Shown: positions 61,330-64,000 of the stretch, piece after piece
How positions within the stretch are numbered: the first letter of the stretch is position 1
Layout of the letters: the number at the start of each line of letters is the position of its first letter
Assembly: GCA_004173185.1 (NCBI GenBank)
Contig: SEFZ01000021.1
Span: forward strand, 10,892 to 74,891
Origin: Sphingomonadales bacterium
GTDB taxonomy: Bacteria; Pseudomonadota; Alphaproteobacteria; Sphingomonadales; Sphingomonadaceae
Length of the DNA: 64,000 nucleotides
Direction of reading: 5' to 3'
Program-made: the position numbers and the translations under genes
The notes under the pieces: model-generated
Told to the model about the DNA's origin: nothing
Database searches by the model: none
The model's input: only the letters and a program-made list of their open reading frames with translations

Positions 61330-62442
61330 CTAGCGCTCGCCATGTCCCTCGGCGAGATATTCGTCCGAGCGCATCTCCATCAGGCGGCTGACGGTGCGGT
61401 CGAACTCGAAGCGGCCGTCGCCGGCTTCGTAGAGATGCTCGGGTTCGGCATCGGCGGCGGCGAGCAGCTTCACCTTATGCTCGTAGAGCGCGTCGATCAG
61501 CGTCACGAAACGCGCGGCTTCGTTGCGGTTTTCGGGGCCTAGCTTGGGAATGCCGACGACTATGATGGTGTGGAAGCGCCGGGCGATGGCGAGATAATCC
61601 GCGGCACCGCGGGCTTCGCCGCACAAGCGCTTGAACGAGAAGACCGCGACACCCTTCAGGCATTTAGGCACCTGGATTTCGCGGCCGCCCTGTACTGGCA
61701 CGTCGCAACCGGGGACGTGCTCGCGATCCTCGGGCGGATAATCGGTCAGGCGGAAGAAGGCGGCGGAGAGCTGGGCGGTTGCCTCGGGGCCGTTGGGCAC
61801 CAGCCAAGTATCCATGCTGCCCAGTCGATCGAGCCGGTAATCGACGGGGCCGTTCAAGGCGAGCACGTCCATCTTCGCTTCGATCAGCGAGATGAAGGGC
61901 AGGAAGAGCTCGCGGTTGATCCCGTCCTTGTAGAGATCGCCGGGCACACGGTTCGACGTGGCGACGACGGTAAGGCCGTGGCGCATCATCTCGGTGAACA
62001 GGCGCGAGAGGATCATCGCGTCGGCGGGGTTGTTGACCACCATCTCGTCAAACGCGAGCAGGCGGATGCCCTCGACCATCGCTTCGGCGACCGCGATGAC
62101 GGGATCTGCGGTGTTCTTCTTGCGCTCTTCGTTGAGGCGCGAATGCACCTCGATCATGAACTCGTGGAAATGGACGCGGCGCTTGCGGCGGATGTCTACG
62201 CATTCGAACAGCAGATCCATCAGCATGGACTTGCCCCGACCGACGCCGCCCCAGAGATAGACCCCGCGCGGCGCTTCGGGTGCGCGACCCAAAGCGCGCC
62301 ACAGGATGCTGCCCTTTTTCGGTACGGCTTCGAGTTGGGAGGCGAGGATATTGAGCCGCATCGCTGCGGCTTCCTGCTCGGCATCGGCGCGCAATTCGCC
62401 CGCTGCGACCAGAGCACGATAGCGTTCGAGAACTTTACTCAA
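61330..62442 (-). CDS. zapE: Cell division ATPase ZapE (AFG1 family)
   Basis: GVYLWGGVGRGKSMLMD, HFHEFM, FDEM, TSNR, RFVTLIDALYE, RTVSRLMEM. Confidence 0.95.
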   Translation of the reverse strand: MSKVLERYRALVAAGELRADAEQEAAAMRLNILASQLEAVPKKGSILWRALGRAPEAPRGVYLWGGVGRGKSMLMDLLFECVDIRRKRRVHFHEFMIEVHSRLNEERKKNTADPVIAVAEAMVEGIRLLAFDEMVVNNPADAMILSRLFTEMMRHGLTVVATSNRVPGDLYKDGINRELFLPFISLIEAKMDVLALNGPVDYRLDRLGSMDTWLVPNGPEATAQLSAAFFRLTDYPPEDREHVPGCDVPVQGGREIQVPKCLKGVAVFSFKRLCGEARGAADYLAIARRFHTIIVVGIPKLGPENRNEAARFVTLIDALYEHKVKLLAAADAEPEHLYEAGDGRFEFDRTVSRLMEMRSDEYLAEGHGER

Positions 62443-62452
62443 GATCTGGGGC

Positions 62453-62923
62453 TCACGAGGCCGGCTTGCGCACAGTGCCCGAGAAATTGGCGATGATCGC
62501 TTCTTCCTGCACGATCAGCCCGCGCATGAAGAGGAAGCGCCGCGTTTCGCGCAGCAATTCGACCCGCGCCTCGACAGCGCCGGTGGGCACCGGCGCCCCG
62601 GCGATAAACTGGGCGGATAGATCGAGCGTTGCGGCGGTGCCTGCAGACAGCACGCCAAAAGCGCGGCCAGCCGCGAACAACGCCATGTCCATAAAACCGA
62701 GCAGCGCGCCACCATGCACGTCTCCGCGCAGGTTCGAGTGCATATGCTTCGGGCTGAAGCGGACGCGGGCCACGTCGTTTTCGACCAGCACCGAAAGCGG
62801 GCCGAAGATCGAATTGAACCGCGACGTATCGGTCAGCGACCAGAGTTTCCAACCGGGGAGATCGGGATCGTCCTCATAGACGAACCCATGCTGAACCCCG
62901 CCATTCGACTCCGTAGCGCTCAA
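62453..62923 (-). CDS. PaaI family thioesterase
   Basis: [18 protein letters not shown] hot-dog-fold motif. Confidence 0.88.
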   Translation of the reverse strand: MSATESNGGVQHGFVYEDDPDLPGWKLWSLTDTSRFNSIFGPLSVLVENDVARVRFSPKHMHSNLRGDVHGGALLGFMDMALFAAGRAFGVLSAGTAATLDLSAQFIAGAPVPTGAVEARVELLRETRRFLFMRGLIVQEEAIIANFSGTVRKPAS

Positions 62924-63705
62924 AGCGTGCGCTCGACTTCCATCTTCTTGATCTCGGCGATTGCCTTGGCGGGGTTCAGACCCTTGGGGCAGACGTTCGC
63001 GCAGTTCATGATCGTGTGGCAGCGATAGAGGCGGAACGGATCCTCGAGCTGATCCAGTCGCTCGCCGGTCATCTCGTCACGCGAATCGGCGAGCCAGCGA
63101 TAGGCCTGAAGCAGGATTGCCGGACCCAGGAACTTGTCGCTGTTCCACCAATAGCTCGGGCACGACGTCGAGCAACAGGCGCACAGGATGCACTCGTACA
63201 GGCCATCGAGCTTGTCGCGCTGTTCGGGCGACTGGAGACGTTCCTTGCCCGAAGGCGTGGTCGAGACGGTTTGCAGCCACGGCTTGATCGAGCTGTACTG
63301 CGCGTAGAAGTGCGTGAAATCGGGGACGAGGTCCTTGATCACTTCCATGTGCGGCAGCGGGGTGATGCGGATATCGCCCTTAATGTCTTCGATCGCAGTC
63401 GTGCAGGCGAGGCCGTTGCGGCCGTCCATGTTCATCGAGCACGACCCGCAAATCCCTTCGCGGCACGAGCGGCGGAAGGTGAGCGACGAATCGGTCTCCG
63501 ACTTGATCTTGATGAGCGCGTCGAGGACCATCGGGCCGCATTCGTCGAGATCGATCTCGAACTTGTCGTAGCGCGGATTCTCGCCCGTATCGGGATCGTA
63601 GCGATAGATTTTGAAGGTCTTGGTACGTTTGGCGCCAGAGGCCGCCTTATACTCTTTGCCCGTCTTCTGAATCTTGCTGTTCTTGGGCAGGGCAAACTCG
63701 GCCAT
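62920..63705 (-). CDS. sdhB: Succinate dehydrogenase iron-sulfur subunit
   Basis: [35 protein letters not shown]. Confidence 0.98.
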   Translation of the reverse strand: MAEFALPKNSKIQKTGKEYKAASGAKRTKTFKIYRYDPDTGENPRYDKFEIDLDECGPMVLDALIKIKSETDSSLTFRRSCREGICGSCSMNMDGRNGLACTTAIEDIKGDIRITPLPHMEVIKDLVPDFTHFYAQYSSIKPWLQTVSTTPSGKERLQSPEQRDKLDGLYECILCACCSTSCPSYWWNSDKFLGPAILLQAYRWLADSRDEMTGERLDQLEDPFRLYRCHTIMNCANVCPKGLNPAKAIAEIKKMEVERTL

Positions 63706-63790
63706 TTCCGAACGGTCCTTATCGCGTCACGTGTCGAGCGCGGGCTATGCCTTTCGCACTCGCAGCGCAACCCCGTAGGACAAGCAAAGC

Positions 63791-64000
63791 TCAGCCTTTG
63801 TTGGCGAGCACCGAAGTGAGCAGCCCGGGAAAGCGCGCGTCGAAATCTTTGCAGCGCAGGCGATTGATCCGTTCGCGCCCCTCAATCGCGGTCTCGATAA
63901 GGCCGGCGGCGCGCAGCACATTGAGGTGATTGGAGATCGTGCTCTTGGGCGTGCCCTGTGCGCAGGCGGTGCTCGCGTTGAGACACGGGCTATCGACAAG
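63791..64000 (-). CDS. ArsR/SmtB family regulator, 3' part (runs off the window end)
   Basis: Manual translation LVDSPCLNASTACAQGTPKSTISNHLNVLRAAGLIETAIEGRERINRLRCKDFDARFPGLLTSVLANKG*; KSTxSxHxxVLRxAGLI and RFPGLL motifs. Confidence 0.85.
   Translation of the reverse strand, partial: LVDSPCLNASTACAQGTPKSTISNHLNVLRAAGLIETAIEGRERINRLRCKDFDARFPGLLTSVLANKG

Overview
High-GC alphaproteobacterial chromosomal window. Gene content and order (mdh-sucD-sucA-sucB-lpdA without sucC, sdhB apart from sdhCDA, prsK-prsR-prsT, feuP/feuQ-like pair) suggest a sphingomonad; this is an inference. About 58 CDS can be supported, mostly housekeeping: metC (partial), sseA, queF, hflKC-DegP, mrp, kynA plus a kynureninase-like gene, dapD, uup, PEP-CTERM regulators and sugar transferase, manC, pepF, groESL with CIRCE, MATE, sppA, TCA genes, zapE and sdhB. 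I saw no tRNA, rRNA, CRISPR array, transposase or prophage gene. The most interesting signals are: (1) two diverged copies of a ~100-nt three-hairpin element, each starting at the stop codon of a housekeeping gene (groEL, lpdA), one of them read in frame as the N-terminus of a DUF2314-type protein; (2) a GT4/(alpha/alpha)6 fusion plus GH130 operon with PhaR-like, EcfG-like and Fnr-like sites upstream, a possible mannoside storage or stress cycle; (3) a 26-codon, probably leaderless uORF ahead of an OPT peptide transporter; (4) a 562-aa His-motif-rich orphan gene with an AT-rich 5' region; (5) several regulator boxes (Fnr, Fur, FeuP-type). All calls come from reading motifs by eye; no database searches were run.
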